In this document: positions 47,901 to 63,863 of the stretch, piece after piece
Position numbering within the stretch: position 1 is the stretch's first letter
Layout: each line of letters opens with the position of its first letter
Notes under the pieces: generated by a model
The model's database searches: none
Seen by the model: only the letters and a program-made list of their open reading frames with translations
Told to the model about the DNA's origin: nothing
Program-made: the position numbers and the translations under genes
Origin: Auanema rhodensis
Taxonomy: Eukaryota > Animalia > Nematoda
Reading direction: 5' to 3'
DNA: 64,000 nt
NCBI GenBank assembly: GCA_964057225.1
Contig: OZ059895.1
Span: 17,298,001-17,362,000 of the forward strand

Positions 47901-50900
47901 CTCATTGGCTCAGGGGCAGAGCGTCTGTCTAGTAAACAGAAGGTCGCTGGTTCGATTCCAGCATGAGGCATTGTTTTACACTTTTTCAAACTATTTTGAG
48001 GATTAATTCGTGCTTCTTGAAGCTTTTACTTCAGGTTACATCTTCTCTTATTCATTCGAATGAAATATTTTACTTCAATACGGAGCAGTATTGTTAAAAG
48101 TGACAACGTGATTATTATCGACAAATGAAAACAACTTATTAAGCCTCATTGGCTCAGGGGCAGAGCGTCTGTCTAGTAAACAGAAGTTTGCTGGTTCGAT
48201 TCCAGCATGAGGCATCGTTTTACACTTTTTCAAACTATTTTGAGGATTAATTCGTGCTTCTTGAAGCTTTTACTTCAGGTTACATCTTCTCTTATTCATT
48301 CAAATGAAATGTTTCAATTGAATATGTACACGCATTGTTGAAAGTGACTAAGAGATTATTATCGACAAATGAAAACAACTTATCAAGCCTCATTGGCTCA
48401 GGGGCAGAGCGTCTGTCTAGTAAACATTCCAGCTTGAGGCATCTTTTTAGACTTTCTCAAACTATTTTGGAATTAATTCGTGCTTCTTGAAGCTTTTACT
48501 TCAGGTTACATCTTCTCTTATTCATTAGAATGAAATATTTTACTTCAATACGGAGCAGTATTGTTAAAAGTGACTAAGAGATTATTATCGACAAATGAAA
48601 ACAACTTATCAAGCCTCATTGGCTCAGGGGCAAAGCGTCTGTCTAGTCGATTCCAGCATGAGGCATCGTTTTAGACTTTCTCAAACTATTTTTAGGATTC
48701 ATTCGTGCTTCTCGAAGCTTTTACTTCAGGTTACATCTTCTCTTATTCATTCGAATGAAATATTTTACTTCAATACGGAGCAGTATTGTTAAAAGTGACT
48801 AAGAGATTATAATCGAGAAATGAGAATAACTTATCAAGCCTCATTGGCTCAGGGGCAGAGCGTCTGTCTAGTCGATTCCGGCATGAGGCATCGTTTTACA
48901 CTTTATCAAACTATTTTGAGGATTAATTCGTTCTTCTTGAAGCTTTTACTTCAGGTTACATCTTCTCTTATTCATTCGAATGAAATATTTTACTTCAATA
49001 CGGAGCAGTATTATTGAAAGTGACTAAGAGATTATTATCGACAAATGAAAACAACTTATCAAGCCTCATTGGCTCAGGGGCAGAGCGTCTGTCTAGTAAA
49101 CATTCCAGCTTGAGGCATCTTTTTAGACTTTCTCAAACTATTTTGGAATTAATTCGTGCTTCTTGAAGCTTTTACTTCAGGTTACATCTTCTCTTATTCA
49201 TTAGAATGAAATATTTTACTTCAATACGGAGCAGTATTGTTAAAAGTGACTAAGAGATTATTATCGACAAATGAAAACAACTTATCAAGCCTCATTGGCT
49301 CAGGGGCAGAGCGTCTGTCTAGTCGATTCCAGCATGAGGCATCGTTTTAGACTTTCTCAAACTATTTTTAGGATTCATTCGTGCTTCTCGAAGCTTTTAC
49401 TTCAGGTTACATCTTCTCTTATTCATTCGAATGAAATATTTTACTTCAATACGGAGCAGTATTGTTAAAAGTGACTAAGAGAGATTATAATCGAGAAATG
49501 AGAATAACTTATCAAGCCTCATTGGCTCAGGGGCAGAGCGTCTGTCTAGTCGTTTCCAGCATGAGGCATCGTTTTACACTTTTTCAAACTATTTTGAGGA
49601 TTAATTCGTTCTTCTTGAAGCTTTTACTTCAGGTTACATCTTCTCTTATTCATTCGAATGAAATATTTTACTTCAATACGGAGCAGTATTGTTAAAAGTG
49701 ACAAAGTGATTATTATCGACAAATGAAAACAACTTATCAAGCCTCATTGGCTCAGGGGCAGAGCGTCTGTCTAGTAAACAGAAGGTCGCTGGTTCGATTC
49801 CAGCATGAGGCATCGTTTTACACTTTTTCAAACTATTTTGAGGATTAATTCGTGCTTCTTGAAGCTTTTACTTCAGGTTACATCTTCTCTTATTCATTCG
49901 AATGAAATATTTTACTTCAATACGGAGCAGTATTGTTAAAAGTGACAACGTGATTATTATCGACAAATGAAAACAACTTATCAAGCCTCATTGGCTCAGG
50001 GGCAGAGCGTCTGTCTAGTAAACATTCCAGCTTGAGGCATCTTTTTAGACTTTCTCAAACTATTTTGGAATTAATTCGTGCTTCTTGAAGCTTTTACTTC
50101 AGGTTACATCTTCTCTTATTCATTCAAATGAAATGTTTCAATTGAATATGTACACGCATTGTTGAAAGTGACTAAGAGATTATTATCGACAAATGAAAAC
50201 AACTTATCAAGCCTCATTGGCTCAGGGGCAGAGCGTCTGTCTAGTAAACATTCCAGCTTGAGGCATCTTTTTAGACTTTCTCAAACTATTTTGGAATTAA
50301 TTCGTGCTTCTTGAAGCTTTTACTTCAGGTTACATCTTCTCTTATTCATTAGAATGAAATATTTTACTTCAATACGGAGCAGTATTGTTAAAAGTGACTA
50401 AGAGATTATTATCGACAAATGAAAACAACTTATCAAGCCTCATTGGCTCAGGGGCAGAGCGTCTGTCTAGTCGATTCCAGCATGAGGCATCGTTTTAGAC
50501 TTTCTCAAACTATTTTTAGGATTCATTCGTGCTTCTCGAAGCTTTTACTTCAGGTTACATCTTCTCTTATTCATTCGAATGAAATATTTTACTTCAATAC
50601 GGAGCAGTATTGTTAAAAGTGACTAAGAGATTATAATCGAGAAATGAGAATAACTTATCAAGCCTCATTGGCTCAGGGGCAGAGCGTCTGTCTAGTCGAT
50701 TCCAGCATGAGGCATCGTTTTACACTTTATCAAACTATTTTGAGGATTAATTCGTTCTTTTTGAAGCTTTTACTTCAGGTTACATCTTCTCTTATTCATT
50801 CGAATGAAATATTTTACTTCAATACGGAGCAGTATTATTGAAAGTGACTAAGAGATTATTATCGACAAATGAAAACAACTTATCAAGCCTCATTGGCTCA

Positions 50901-53644
50901 GGGGCAGAGCGTCTGTCTAGTAAACATTCCAGCTTGAGGCATCTTTTTAGACTTTCTCAAACTATTTTGGAATTAATTCGTGCTTCTTGAAGCTTTTACT
51001 TCAGGTTACATCTTCTCTTATTCATTAGAATGAAATATTTTACTTCAATACGGAGCAGTATTGTTAAAAGTGACTAAGAGATTATTATCGACAAATGAAA
51101 ACAACTTATCAAGCCTCATTGGCTCAGGGGCAGAGCGTCTGTCTAGTCGATTCCAGCATGAGGCATCGTTTTAGACTTTCTCAAACTATTTTTAGGATTC
51201 ATTCGTGCTTCTCGAAGCTTTTACTTCAGGTTACATCTTCTCTTATTCATTCGAATGAAATATTTTACTTCAATACGGAGCAGTATTGTTAAAAGTGACT
51301 AAAAGATTATAATCGAGAAATGAGAATAACTTATCAAGCCTCATTGGCTCAGGGGCAGAGCGTCTGTCTAGTCGATTCCAGCATGAGGCATCGTTTTACA
51401 CTTTATCAAACTATTTTGAGGATTAATTCGTTCTTCTTGAAGCTTTTACTTCAGGTTACATCTTCTCTTATTCAGTCGAATGAAATATTTTACTTCAATA
51501 CGGAGCAGTATTATTGAAAGTGACTAAGAGATTATTATCGACAAATGAGAATAACTTATCAAGCCTCATTGGCTCAGGGGCAGAGCGTCTGTCTAGTCGA
51601 TTCCAGCATGAGGCATCGTTTTACACTTTATCAAACTATTTTGAGGATTAATTCGTTCTTCTTGAAGCTTTTACTTCAGGTTACATCTTCTCTTATTCAG
51701 TCGAATGAAATATTTTACTTCAATACGGAGCAGTATTATTGAAAGTGACTAAGAGATTATTATCGACAAATGAGAATAACTTATCAAGCCTCATTGGCTC
51801 AGGGGCAGAGCGTCTGTCTAGTCGATTCCAGCATGAGGTATCGTTTTAGACTTTCTCAAACTATTTTTAGGATTCATTCGTGCTTCTTGAAGCTTTTACT
51901 TCAGGTTACATCTTCTCTTATTCATTCAAATGAAATGTTTCAATTGAATATGTACACGCATTGTTGAAAGTGACTAAGAGATTATAATCGAGAAATGAGA
52001 ATAACTTATTAAGCCTCATTGGCTCAGGGGCAGAGCGTCTGTCTAGTAAACAGAAGGTCGCTGGTTCGATTCCAGCATGAGGCATCGTTTTAGACTTTCT
52101 CAAACTATTTTGAGGATTAATTCGTGCTTTTTGAAGCTTTTACTTCAGGTTACATCTTCTCTTATTCATTCGAATGAAATATTTTACTTCAATACGGAGC
52201 AGTATTGTTAAAAGTGACTAAGAGATTATAATCGAGAAATGAGAATAACTTATCAAGCCTCATTGCCTCAGGGGCAGAGCGTCTGTCTAGTCGATTCCAG
52301 CATGAGGCATCGTTTTACACTTTATCAAACTATTTTGAGGATTAATTCGTTCTTCTTGAAGCTTTTACTTCAGGTTACATCTTCTCTTATTCATTCGAAT
52401 GAAATATTTTACTTCAATACGGAGCAGTATTATTGAAAGTGACTAAGAGATTATTATCGACAAATGAGAATAACTTATCAAGCCTCATTGGCTCAGGGGC
52501 AGAGCGTCTGTCTAGTCGATTCCAGCATGAGGTATCGTTTTAGACTTTCTCAAACTATTTTTAGGATTCATTCGTGCTTCTTGAAGCTTTTACTTCAGGT
52601 TACATCTTCTCTTATTCATTCAAATGAAATGTTTCAATTGAATATGTACACGCATTGTTGAAAGTGACTAAGAGATTATAATCGAGAAATGAGAATAACT
52701 TATTAAGCCTCATTGGCTCAGGGGCAGAGCGTCTGTCTAGTAAACAGAAGGTCGCTGGTTCGATTCCAGCATGAGGCATCGTTTTAGACTTTCTCAAACT
52801 ATTTTGAGGATTAATTCGTGCTTTTTGAAGCTTTTACTTCAGGTTACATCTTCTTTTATTCATTCGAATGAAATATTTTACTTCAATACGGAGCAGTATT
52901 GTTAAAAGTGACAAAGTGATTACTATCGACAAATGAAAACAACTTATCAAGCCTCATTGGCTCAGGGGCAGAGCGTCTGTCTAGTAAACAGAAGGTCTCT
53001 GGTTCGATTCCAGCATGAGGCATCTTTTTAGACTTTCTCAAACTATTTTTAGGATTCATTCGTGCTTCTCGAAGCTTTTACTTCAGGTTACATCTTCTCT
53101 TATTCATTCGAATGAAATATTTTACTTCAATACGGAGCAGTATTGTTAAAAGTGGCTAAGAGATTATAATCGAGAAATGAGAATAACTTATCAAGCCTCA
53201 TTGGCTCAGGGGCAGAGCGTCTGTCTAGTCGATTCCAGCATGAGGCATCGTTTTACACTTTATCAAACTATTTTGAGGATTAATTCGTTCTTCTTGAAGC
53301 TTTTACTTCAGGTTACATCTTCTCTTATTCATTCGAATGAAATATTTTACTTCAATACGGAGCAGTATTATTGAAAGTGACTAAGAGATTATTATCGACA
53401 AATGAGAATAACTTATCAAGCCTCATTGGCTCAGGGGCAGAGCGTCTGTCTAGTCGATTCCAGCATGAGGCATCGTTTTAGACTTTCTCAAACTATTTTG
53501 AGGATTAATTCGTGCTTCTTGAAGCTTTTACTTCAGGTTACATCTTCTCTTATTCATTCAAATGAAATGTTTCAATTGAATATGTACACGCATTGTTGAA
53601 AGTGACTAAGAGATTATAATCGAGAAATGAGAATAACTTATCAA

Positions 53645-54692
53645 GCCTCATTGGCTCAGGGGCAGAGCGTCTGTCTAGTAAACAGAAGGTCGCTGGTTCG
53701 ATTCCAGCATGAGGCATCGTTTTAGACTTTTTCAAACTATTTTGAGGATTAATTCGTGCTTCTCGAAGCTTTTACTTCAGGTTACATCTTCTCTTATTCA
53801 TTCAAATGAAATGTTTCAATTGAATATGTAAACGCATTGTTAAAAGTGACAAAGTGATTATTATCGACAAATGAAAACAACTTATCAAGCCTCATTGGCT
53901 CAGGGGCAGAGCGTCTGTCTAGTAAACAGAAGGTCGCTGGTTCGATTCCAGCATGAGGCATCGTTTTAGACTTTCTCAAACTATTTTTAGGATTAATTCG
54001 TGCTTCTCAAAGCTTTTACTTCAGGTTACATCTTCTCTTATTCATTCGAATGAAATATTTTACTTCAATACGGAGCAGTATTGTTAAAAGTGACAAAGTG
54101 ATTATTATCGACAAATGAAAACAACTTATCAAGCCTCATTGGCTCAGGGGCAGAGCGTCTGTCTAGTAAACAGAAGGTCGCTGGTTCGATTCCAGCATGA
54201 GGCATCGTTTTAGACTTTCTCAAACTATTTTTAGGATTCATTCGTGCTTCTCGAAGCTTTTACTTCAGGTTACATCTTCTGTTATTCATTCGAATGAAAT
54301 ATTTTACTTCAATACGGAGCAGTATTGTTAAAAGTGACTAAGAGATTATAATAGAGAAATGAGAATAACTTATCAAGCCTCATTGGCTCAGGGGCAGAGC
54401 GTCTGTCTAGTAAACAGAAGGTCGCTGGTTCGATTCCAGCATGAGGCATCGTTTTAGACTTTTTCAAACTATTTTGAGGATTAATTCGTGCTTCTCGAAG
54501 CTTTTACTTCAGGTTACATCTTCTCTTATTCATTCGAATGAAATATTTTACTTCAATACGGAGCAGTATTGTTAAAAGTGACAAAGTGATTATTATCGAC
54601 AAATGAAAACAACTTATCAAGCCTCATTGGCTCAGGGGCAGAGCGTCTGTCTAGTAAACAGAAGGTCGCTGGTTCGATTCCAGCATGAGGCA
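53645..54692 (+). tRNA. Run of five intact tRNA-Thr(AGT) copies (starts 53645, 53889, 54133, 54377, 54621)
   Basis: 244-bp spacing, complete cloverleafs. Confidence 0.9.
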
Positions 54693-57600
54693 TCGTTTTA
54701 GACTTTTTCAAACTATTTTGAGGATTAATTCGTGCTTCTTGAAGCTTTTACTTCAGGTTACATCTTCTCTTATTCATTCGAATGAAATATTTTACTTCAA
54801 TACGGAGCAGTATTGTTAAAAGTGACAAAATGATTATTATCGACAAATGAAAACAACTTATCAAGCCTCATTGGCTCAGGAGCAGAGCGTCTGTCTAGTC
54901 GATTCCAGCATGAGGCATCGTTTTAGACTTTCTCAAACTATTTTTAGGATTCATTCGTGCTTCTCAAAGCTTTTACTTCAGGTTACATCTTCTCTTATTC
55001 ATTCGAATGAAATATTTTACTTCAATACGGAGCAGTATTGTTAAAAGTGACAAAATGATTATTATCGACAAATGAAAACAACTTATCAAGCCTCATTGGC
55101 TCAGGAGCAGAGCGTCTGTCTAGTCGATTCCAGCATGAGGCATCGTTTTAGACTTTCTCAAACTATTTTTAGGATTCATTCGTGCTTCTCAAAGCTTTTA
55201 CTTCAGGTTACATCTTCTCTTATTCATTCGAATGAAATATTTTACTTCAATACGGAGCAGTATTGTTAAAAGTGACAAAATGATTATTATCGACAAATGA
55301 AAACAACTTATCAAGCCTCATTGGCTCAGGGGCAGAGCGTCTGTCTAGTAAACAGAAGGTCGCTGGTTCGATTCCAGCATGAGGCATCATTTTAGACTTT
55401 CTCAAACTATTTTTAGGATTCATTCGTGCTTCTCAAAGCTTTTACTTCAGGTTACATCTTCTCTTATTCATTCGAATGAAATATTTTACTTCAATACGGA
55501 GCAGTATTGTTAAAAGTGACAAAGTGATTATTATCGACAAATGAAAACAACTTATCAAGCCTCATTGGCTCAGGGGCAGAGCGTCTGTCTAGTAAACAGA
55601 AGGTCGCTGGTTCGATTCCAGCATGAGGCATCGTTTTAGACTTTTTCAAAATATTTTGAAGATTAATTCGTGCTTCTCGAAGCTTTTACTTCAGGTTACA
55701 TCTTCTCTTATTCATTCAAATGAAATATTTCAATTGAATATGTAAACGCATTGTTGAAAGTGACTAAGAGATTATAATCGAGAAATGAGAATAACTTATC
55801 AAGCCTCATTGGCTCAGGGGCAGAGCGTCTGTCTAGTAAACAGAAGGTCGCTGGTTCGATTCCAGCATGAGGCATCGTTTTAGATATTTTCAAACTATTT
55901 TGAGGATTAATTCGTGCTTCTCGAAGCTTTTACTTCAGGTTACATCTTCTCTTATTCATTCAAATGAAATGTTTCAATTGAATATGTAAACGCATTGTTG
56001 AAAGTGACTAAGAGATTATAATCGAGAAATGAGAATAACTTTTTAAGCCTCATTGGATCAGGGGCAGAGCGTCTGTCTAGTAAACAGAAGGTCGCTGGTT
56101 CGATTCCAGCATGAGGCATCGTTTTAGACTTTTTCAAAATATTTTGAAGATTAATTCGTGCTTCTTGAAGCTTTTACTTCAGGTTACATCTTCTCTTATT
56201 CATTCGAATGAAATATTTTACTTCAATACGGAGCAGTATTGTTAAAAGTGACTAAGAGATAATAATAGAGAAATGAGAATAACTTATCAAGCCTCATTGG
56301 CTCAGGGGCAGAGCGTCTGTCTAGTCGATTCCAGCATGAGGCATCGTTTTAGACTTTCTCAAACTATTTTGAAGATTAATTCGTGCTTCTTGAAGCGTTT
56401 ACTTCAGGTTACATCTTCTCTTATTCATTCGAATGAAATATTTTACTTCAATACGGAGCAGTATTGTTGAAAGTGACTAAGAGATTATTATCGACAAATG
56501 AAAACAACTTATCAAGCCTCATTGGCTCAGGGGCAGAGCGTCTGTCTAGTAAACATTCCAGCATGAGGCATCTTTTTAGACTTTCTCAAACTATTTTTAG
56601 GATTCATTCGTGCTTCTCGAAGCTTTTACTTCAGGTTATATCTTCTCTTATTCATTCGAATGAAATATTTTACTTCAATACGGAGCAGTATTGTTGAAAG
56701 TGACTAAGAGATTATTATCGACAAATGAAAACAACTTATCAAGCCTCATTGGCTCAGGGGCAGAGCGTCTGTCTAGTAAACATTCCAGCATGAGGCATCG
56801 TTTTAGACTTTTTCAAAATATTTTGAAGATTAATTCGTGCTTCTCGAAGCTTTTACTTCAGGTTACATCTTCTCTTATTCATTCAAATGAAATATTTCAA
56901 TTGAATATGTAAACGCATTGTTGAAAGTGACTAAGAGATTATAATCGAGAAATGAGAATAACTTATCAAGCCTCATTGGCTCAGGGGCAGAGCGTCTGTC
57001 TAGTAAACAGAAGGTCGCTGGTTCGATTCCAGCATGAGGCATCGTTTTAGATATTTTCAAACTATTTTGAGGATTAATTCGTGCTTCTCGAAGCTTTTAC
57101 TTCAGGTTACATCTTCTCTTATTCATTCAAATGAAATGTTTCAATTGAATATGTAAACGCATTGTTGAAAGTGACTAAGAGATTATAATCGAGAAATGAG
57201 AATAACTTTTTAAGCCTCATTGGATCAGGGGCAGAGCGTCTGTCTAGTAAACAGAAGGTCGCTGGTTCGATTCCAGCATGAGGCATCGTTTTAGACTTTT
57301 TCAAAATATTTTGAAGATTAATTCGTGCTTCTTGAAGCTTTTACTTCAGGTTACATCTTCTCTTATTCATTCGAATGAAATATTTTACTTCAATACGGAG
57401 CAGTATTGTTAAAAGTGAGTAAGAGATAATAATAGAGAAATGAGAATAACTTATCAAGCCTCATTGGCTCAGGGGCAGAGCGTCTGTCTAGTCGATTCCA
57501 GCATGAGGCATCGTTTTAGACTTTCTCAAACTATTTTGAAGATTAATTCGTGCTTCTTGAAGCGTTTACTTCAGGTTACATCTTCTCTTATTCATTCGAA

Positions 57601-60600
57601 TGAAATATTTTACTTCAATACGGAGCAGTATTGTTGAAAGTGACTAAGAGATTATTATCGACAAATGAAAACAACTTATCAAGCCTCATTGGCTCAGGGG
57701 CAGAGCGTCTGTCTAGTAAACATTCCAGCATGAGGCATCGTTTTAGACTTTTTCAAAATATTTTGAAGATTAATTCGTGCTTCTTGAAGCTTTTACTTCA
57801 GGTTACATCTTCTCTTATTCATTCGAATGAAATATTTTACTTCAATACGGAGCAGTATTGTTAAAATTGACAAAGTGATTATTATCGACAAAAGAAAACA
57901 ACTTATCAAGCCTCATTGGCTCAGGGGCAGAGCGTCTGTCTAGTCGATTCCAGCATGAGGCATCGTTTTAGACTTTCTCAAACTATTTTGAGGATTAATT
58001 CGTGCTTCTTGAAGCTTTTACTTCAGGTTACATCTTCTCTTATTCATTCGAATGAAATATTTTATTTCAATACGGAGCAGTATTGTTAAAAGTGACAAAG
58101 TGATTATTATCGACAAATGAAAACAACTTATCAAGCCTCATTGGCTCAGGGGCAGAGCGTCTGTCTAGTAAACATTCCAGCATGAGGCATCGTTTTAGAC
58201 TTTCTCAAACTATTTTTAGGATTAATTCGTGCTTCTTGAAGCTTTTACTTCAGGTTACATCTTCTCTTATTCATTCGAATGAAATATTTTATTTCAACAC
58301 GGAGCAGTATTGTTAAAAGTGACAAAGTGATTTATATCGACAAATGAAAACAACTTATCAAGCCTCATTGGATCAGGAGCAGAGCGTCTGTCTAGTCGAT
58401 TCCAGCATGAGGCATCGTTTTAGACTTTCTCAAACTATTTTGAGGATTAATTCGTGCTTCTTGAAGCTTTTACTTCAGGTTACATCTTCTCTTATTCATT
58501 CGAATGAAATATTTTACTTCAATACGGAGCAGTATTGTTGAAAGTGACTAAGAGATTATTATCGACAAATGAAAATAACTTATCAAGCCTCATTGGCTCA
58601 GGGGCAGAGCGTCTGTCTAGTAAACATTCCAGCATGAGGCATCTTTTTAGACTTTCTCAAACTATTTTTAGTATTCATTCGTGCTTCTCGAAGCTTTTAC
58701 TTCAGGTTACATCTTCTGTTATTCATTCGAATGAAATATTTTACTTCAATACGGAGCAGTATTGTTAAAAGTGACTAAGAGATTATAATAGAGAAATGAG
58801 AATAACTTATCAAGCCTCATTGGCTCAGGGGCAGAGCGTCTGTCTAGTAAACAGAAGGTCGCTGGTTCGATTCCAGCATGAGGCATCGTTTTAGACTTTT
58901 TCAAACTATTTTGAGGATTAATTCGTGCTTCTCGAAGCTTTTACTTCAGGTTACATCTTCTCTTATTCATTCAAATGAAATGTTTCAATTGAATATGTAA
59001 ACGCATTGTTAAAAGTGACAAAGTGATTATTATCGACAAATGAAAACAACTTATCAAGCCTCATTGGCTCAGGGGCAGAGCGTCTGTCTAGTAAACAGAA
59101 GGTCGCTGGTTCGATTCCAGCATGAGGCATCGTTTTAGACTTTTTCAAAATATTTTGAAGATTAATTCGTGCTTCTTGAAGCTTTTACTTCAGGTTACAT
59201 CTTCTCTTATTCATTCGAATGAAATATTTTACTTCAATACGGAGCAGTATTGTTAAAAGTGACAAAGTGATTATTATCGACAAATGAAAACAACTTATCA
59301 AGCCTCATTGGCTCAGGGGCAGAGCGTCTGTCTAGTAAACAGAAGGTCGCTGGTTCGATTCCAGCATGAGGCATCGTTTTAGACTTTTTCAAACTATTTT
59401 GAGGATTAATTCGTGCTTCTTGAAGCTTTTACTTCAGGTTACATCTTCTCTTATTCATTCGAATGAAATATTTTACTTCAATACGGAGCAGTATTGTTAA
59501 AAGTGACAAAGTGATTTATATCGACAAATGAAAACAACTTATCAAGCCTCATTGGCTCAGGAGCAGAGCGTCTGTCTAGTCGATTCCAGCATGAGGCATC
59601 GTTTTAGACTTTCTCAAACTATTTTTAGGATTCATTCGTGCTTCTCAAAGCTTTTACTTCAGGTTACATCTTCTCTTATTCATTCGAATGAAATATTTTA
59701 CTTCAATACGGAGCAGTATTGTTAAAAGTGACAAAATGATTATTATCGACAAATGAAAACAACTTATCAAGCCTCATTGGCTCAGGGGCAGAGCGTCTGT
59801 CTAGTAAACAGAAGGTCGCTGGTTCGATTCCAGCATGAGGCATCGTTTTAGACTTTTTCAAACTATTTTGAGGATTAATTCGTGCTTCTTGAAGCTTTTA
59901 CTTCAGGTTACATCTTCTCTTATTCATTCGAATGAAATATTTTACTTCAATACGGAGCAGTATTGTTAAAAGTGACAAAGTGATTATTATCGACAAATGA
60001 AAACAACTTATCAAGCCTCATTGGCTCAGGGGCAGAGCGTCTGTCTAGTAAACAGAAGGTCGCTGGTTCGATTCCAGCATGAGGCATCGTTTTAGACTTT
60101 TTCAAACTATTTTGAGGATTAATTCGTGCTTCTTGAAGCTTTTACTTCAGGTTACATCTTCTCTTATTCATTCGAATGAAATATTTTACTTCAATATGGA
60201 GCAGTATTGTTAAAAGTGACAAAGTGATTATTATCGACAAATGAAAACAACTTATCAAGCCTCATTGGCTCAGGGGCAGAGCGTCTGTCTAGTAAACAGA
60301 AGGTCGCTGGTTCGATTCCAGCATGAGGCATCGTTTTAGACTTTTTCAAACTATTTTAAGGATTAATTCGTGCTTCTTGAAGCTTTTACTTCAGGTTACA
60401 TCTTCTCTTATTCATTCGAATGAAATATTTTACTTCAATACGGAGCAGTATTGTTGAAAGTGACTCAGAGATTATTATCGACAAATGAAAATAACTTATC
60501 AAGCCTCATTGGCTCAGGGGCAGAGCGTCTGTCTAGTAAACATTCCAGCATGAGGCATCTTTTTAGACTTTCTCAAACTATTTTGAGGATTAATTCGTGC

Positions 60601-63600
60601 TTCTTGAAGCTTTTACTTCAGGTTACATCTTCTCTTATTCATTCGAATGAAATATTTTACTTCAATACGGAGCAGTATTGTTGAAAGTGACTCAGAGATT
60701 ATTATCGACAAATGAAAATAACTTATCAAGCCTCATTGGCTCAGGGGCAGAGCGTCTGTCTAGTAAACAGAAGGTCGCTGGTTCGATTCCAGCATGAGGC
60801 ATCGTTTTAGACTTTTTCAAAATATTTTGAAGATTAATTCGTGCTTCTTGAAGCTTTTACTTCAGGTTACATCTTCTCTTATTCATTCGAATGAAATATT
60901 TTACTTCAATACGGAGCAGTATTGTTAAAAGTGACAAAGTGATTATTATCGACAAATGAAAACAACTTATCAAGCCTCATTGGCTCAGGAGCAGAGCGTC
61001 TGTCTAGTCGATTCCAGCATGAGGCATCGTTTTAGACTTTCTCAAACTATTTTGAGGATTAAATCGTGCTTCTTGAAGCTTTTACTTCAGGTTACATCTT
61101 CTCTTATTCATTCGAATGAAATATTTTACTTCAACACGGAGCAGTATTGTTAAAAGTGACAAAGTGATTTATATCGACAAATGAAAACAACTTATCAAGC
61201 CTCATTGGCTCAGGAGCAGAGCGTCTGTCTAGTCGATTCCAGCATGAGGCATCGTTTTAGACTTTCTCAAACTATTTTTAGGATTCATTCGTGCTTCTCA
61301 AAGCTTTTACTTCAGGTTACATCTTCTCTTATTCATTCGAATGAAATATTTTACTTCAATACGGAGCAGTATTGTTAAAAGTGACAAAGTGATTATTATC
61401 GACAAATGAAAACAACTTATCAAGCCTCATTGGCTCAGGGGCAGAGCGTCTGTCTAGTAAACAGAAGGTCGCTGGTTCGATTCCAGCATGAGGCATCGTT
61501 TTAGACTTTTTCAAAATATTTTGAAGATTAATTCGTGCTTCTTGAAGCTTTTACTTCAGGTTACATCTTCTCTTATTCATTCAAATGAAATGTTTCAATT
61601 GAATATGTAAACGCATTGTTGAAAGTGACTAAGAGATTATAATCGAGAAATGAGAATAACTTTTTAAGCCTCATTGGCTCAGGGGCAGAGCGTCTGTCTA
61701 GTAAACAGAAGGTCGCTGGTTCGATTCCAGCATGAGGCATCGTTTTAGACTTTTTCAAAATATTTTGAGGATTAATTCGTGCTTCTTGAAGCTTTTACTT
61801 CAGGTTACATCTTCTCTTATTCATTCGAATGAAATATTTTACTTCAACACGGAGCAGTATTGTTAAAAGTGACAAAGTGATTATTATCGACAAATGAAAA
61901 CAACTTATCAAGCCTCATTGGCTCAGGGGCAGAGCGTCTGTCTAGTAAACATTCCAGCATGAGGCATCTTTTTAGACTTTCTCAAACTATTTTTAGGATT
62001 AATTCGTGCTTCTTGAAGCTTTTACTTCAGGTTACATCTTCTCTTATTCATTCGAATGAAATATTTTATTTCAACACGGAGCAGTATTGTTAAAAGTGAC
62101 AAAGTGATTTATATCGACAAATGAAAACAACTTATCAAGCCTCATTGGATCAGGAGCAGAGCGTCTGTCTAGTCGATTCCAGCATGAGGCATCGTTTTAG
62201 ACTTTCTCAAACTATTTTGAGGATTAATTCGTGCTTCTTGAAGCTTTTACTTCAGGTTACATCTTCTCTTATTCATTCGAATGAAATATTTTACTTCAAT
62301 ACGGAGCAGTATTGTTGAAAGTGACTAAGAGATTATTATCGACAAATGAAAACAACTTATCAAGCCTCATTGGCTCAGGGGCAGAGCGTCTGTCTAGTAA
62401 ACATTCCAGCATGAGGCATCTTTTTAGACTTTCTCAAACTATTTTTAGGATTCATTCGTGCTTCTCGAAGCTTTTACTTCAGGTTACATCTTCTGTTATT
62501 CATTCGAATGAAATATTTTACTTCAATACGGAGCAGTATTGTTAAAAGTGACTAAGAGATTATAATAGAGAAATGAGAATAACTTATCAAGCCTCATTGG
62601 CTCAGGGGCAGAGCGTCTGTCTAGTAAACAGAAGGTCGCTGGTTCGATTCCAGCATGAGGCATCGTTTTAGACTTTTTCAAACTATTTTGAGGATTAATT
62701 CGTGCTTCTCGAAGCTTTTACTTCAGGTTACATCTTCTCTTATTCATTCAAATGAAATTTTTCAATTGAATATGTAAACGCATTGTTGAAAGTGACTAAG
62801 AGATTATAATCGAGAAATGAGAATAACTTTTTAAGCCTCATTGGCTCAGGGGCAGAGCGTCTGTCTAGTAAACAGAAGGTCGCTGGTTCGATTCCAGCAT
62901 GAGGCATTGTTTTAGACTTTTTCAAAATATTTTGAAGATTAATTCGTGCTTCTTGAAGCTTTTACTTCAGGTTACATCTTCTCTTATTCATTCGAATGAA
63001 ATATTTTACTTCAATACGGAGCAGTATTGTTAAAAGTGACAAAGTGATTATTATCGACAAATGAAAACAATTTATCAAGCCTCATTGGCTCAGGGGCAGA
63101 GCGTCTGTCTAGTAAACAGAAGGTCGCTGGTTCGATTCCAGCATGAGGCATCGTTTTAGACTTCTTCAAACTATTTTGAGGATTAATTCGTGCTTCTTGA
63201 AGCTTTTACTTCAGGTTACATCTTCTCTTATTCATTCGAATGAAATATTTTACTTCAATACGGAGCAGTATTGTTAAAAGTGACAAAGTGATTATTATCG
63301 ACAAATGAAAACAACTTATCAAGCCTCATTCGCTCAGGGGCAGAGCGTCTGTCTAGTAAACAGAAGGTCGCTGGTTCGATTCCAGCATGAGGCATCGTTT
63401 TAGACTTTTTCAAACTATTTTGAGGATTAATTCGTGCTTCTTGAAGCTTTTACTTCAGGTTACATCTTCTCTTATTCATTCGAATGAAATATTTTACTTC
63501 AATACGGAGCAGTATTGTTAAAAGTGACAAAGTGATTTATATCGACAAATGAAAACAACTTATCAAGCCTTATTGGCTCAGGAGCAGAGCGTCTGTCTAG

Positions 63601-63791
63601 TCGATTCCAGCATGAGGCATCGTTTTAGACTTTCTCAAACTATTTTTAGGATTCATTCGTGCTTCTCAAAGCTTTTACTTCAGGTTACATCTTCTCTTAT
63701 TCATTCGAATGAAATATTTTACTTCAATACGGAGCAGTATTGTTAAAAGTGACAAAATGATTATTATCGACAAATGAAAACAACTTATCAA

Positions 63792-63863
63792 GCCTCATTG
63801 GCTCAGGGGCAGAGCGTCTGTCTAGTAAACAGAAGGTCGCTGGTTCGATTCCAGCATGAGGCA
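63792..63863 (+). tRNA. tRNA-Thr(AGT), last intact copy in the window
   Basis: Complete 72-nt cloverleaf. Confidence 0.92.

Noticed and set aside
1276-63746. Numerous 61-139 aa ORFs (MKTTYQASLAQ..., MLKVTKRLL..., MPHAGIEPATF...)
   Set aside because: They are translations of the tRNA repeat on either strand; GIEPATF is the typical antisense-tRNA pseudo-peptide, and the frames depend on which deletion is present.
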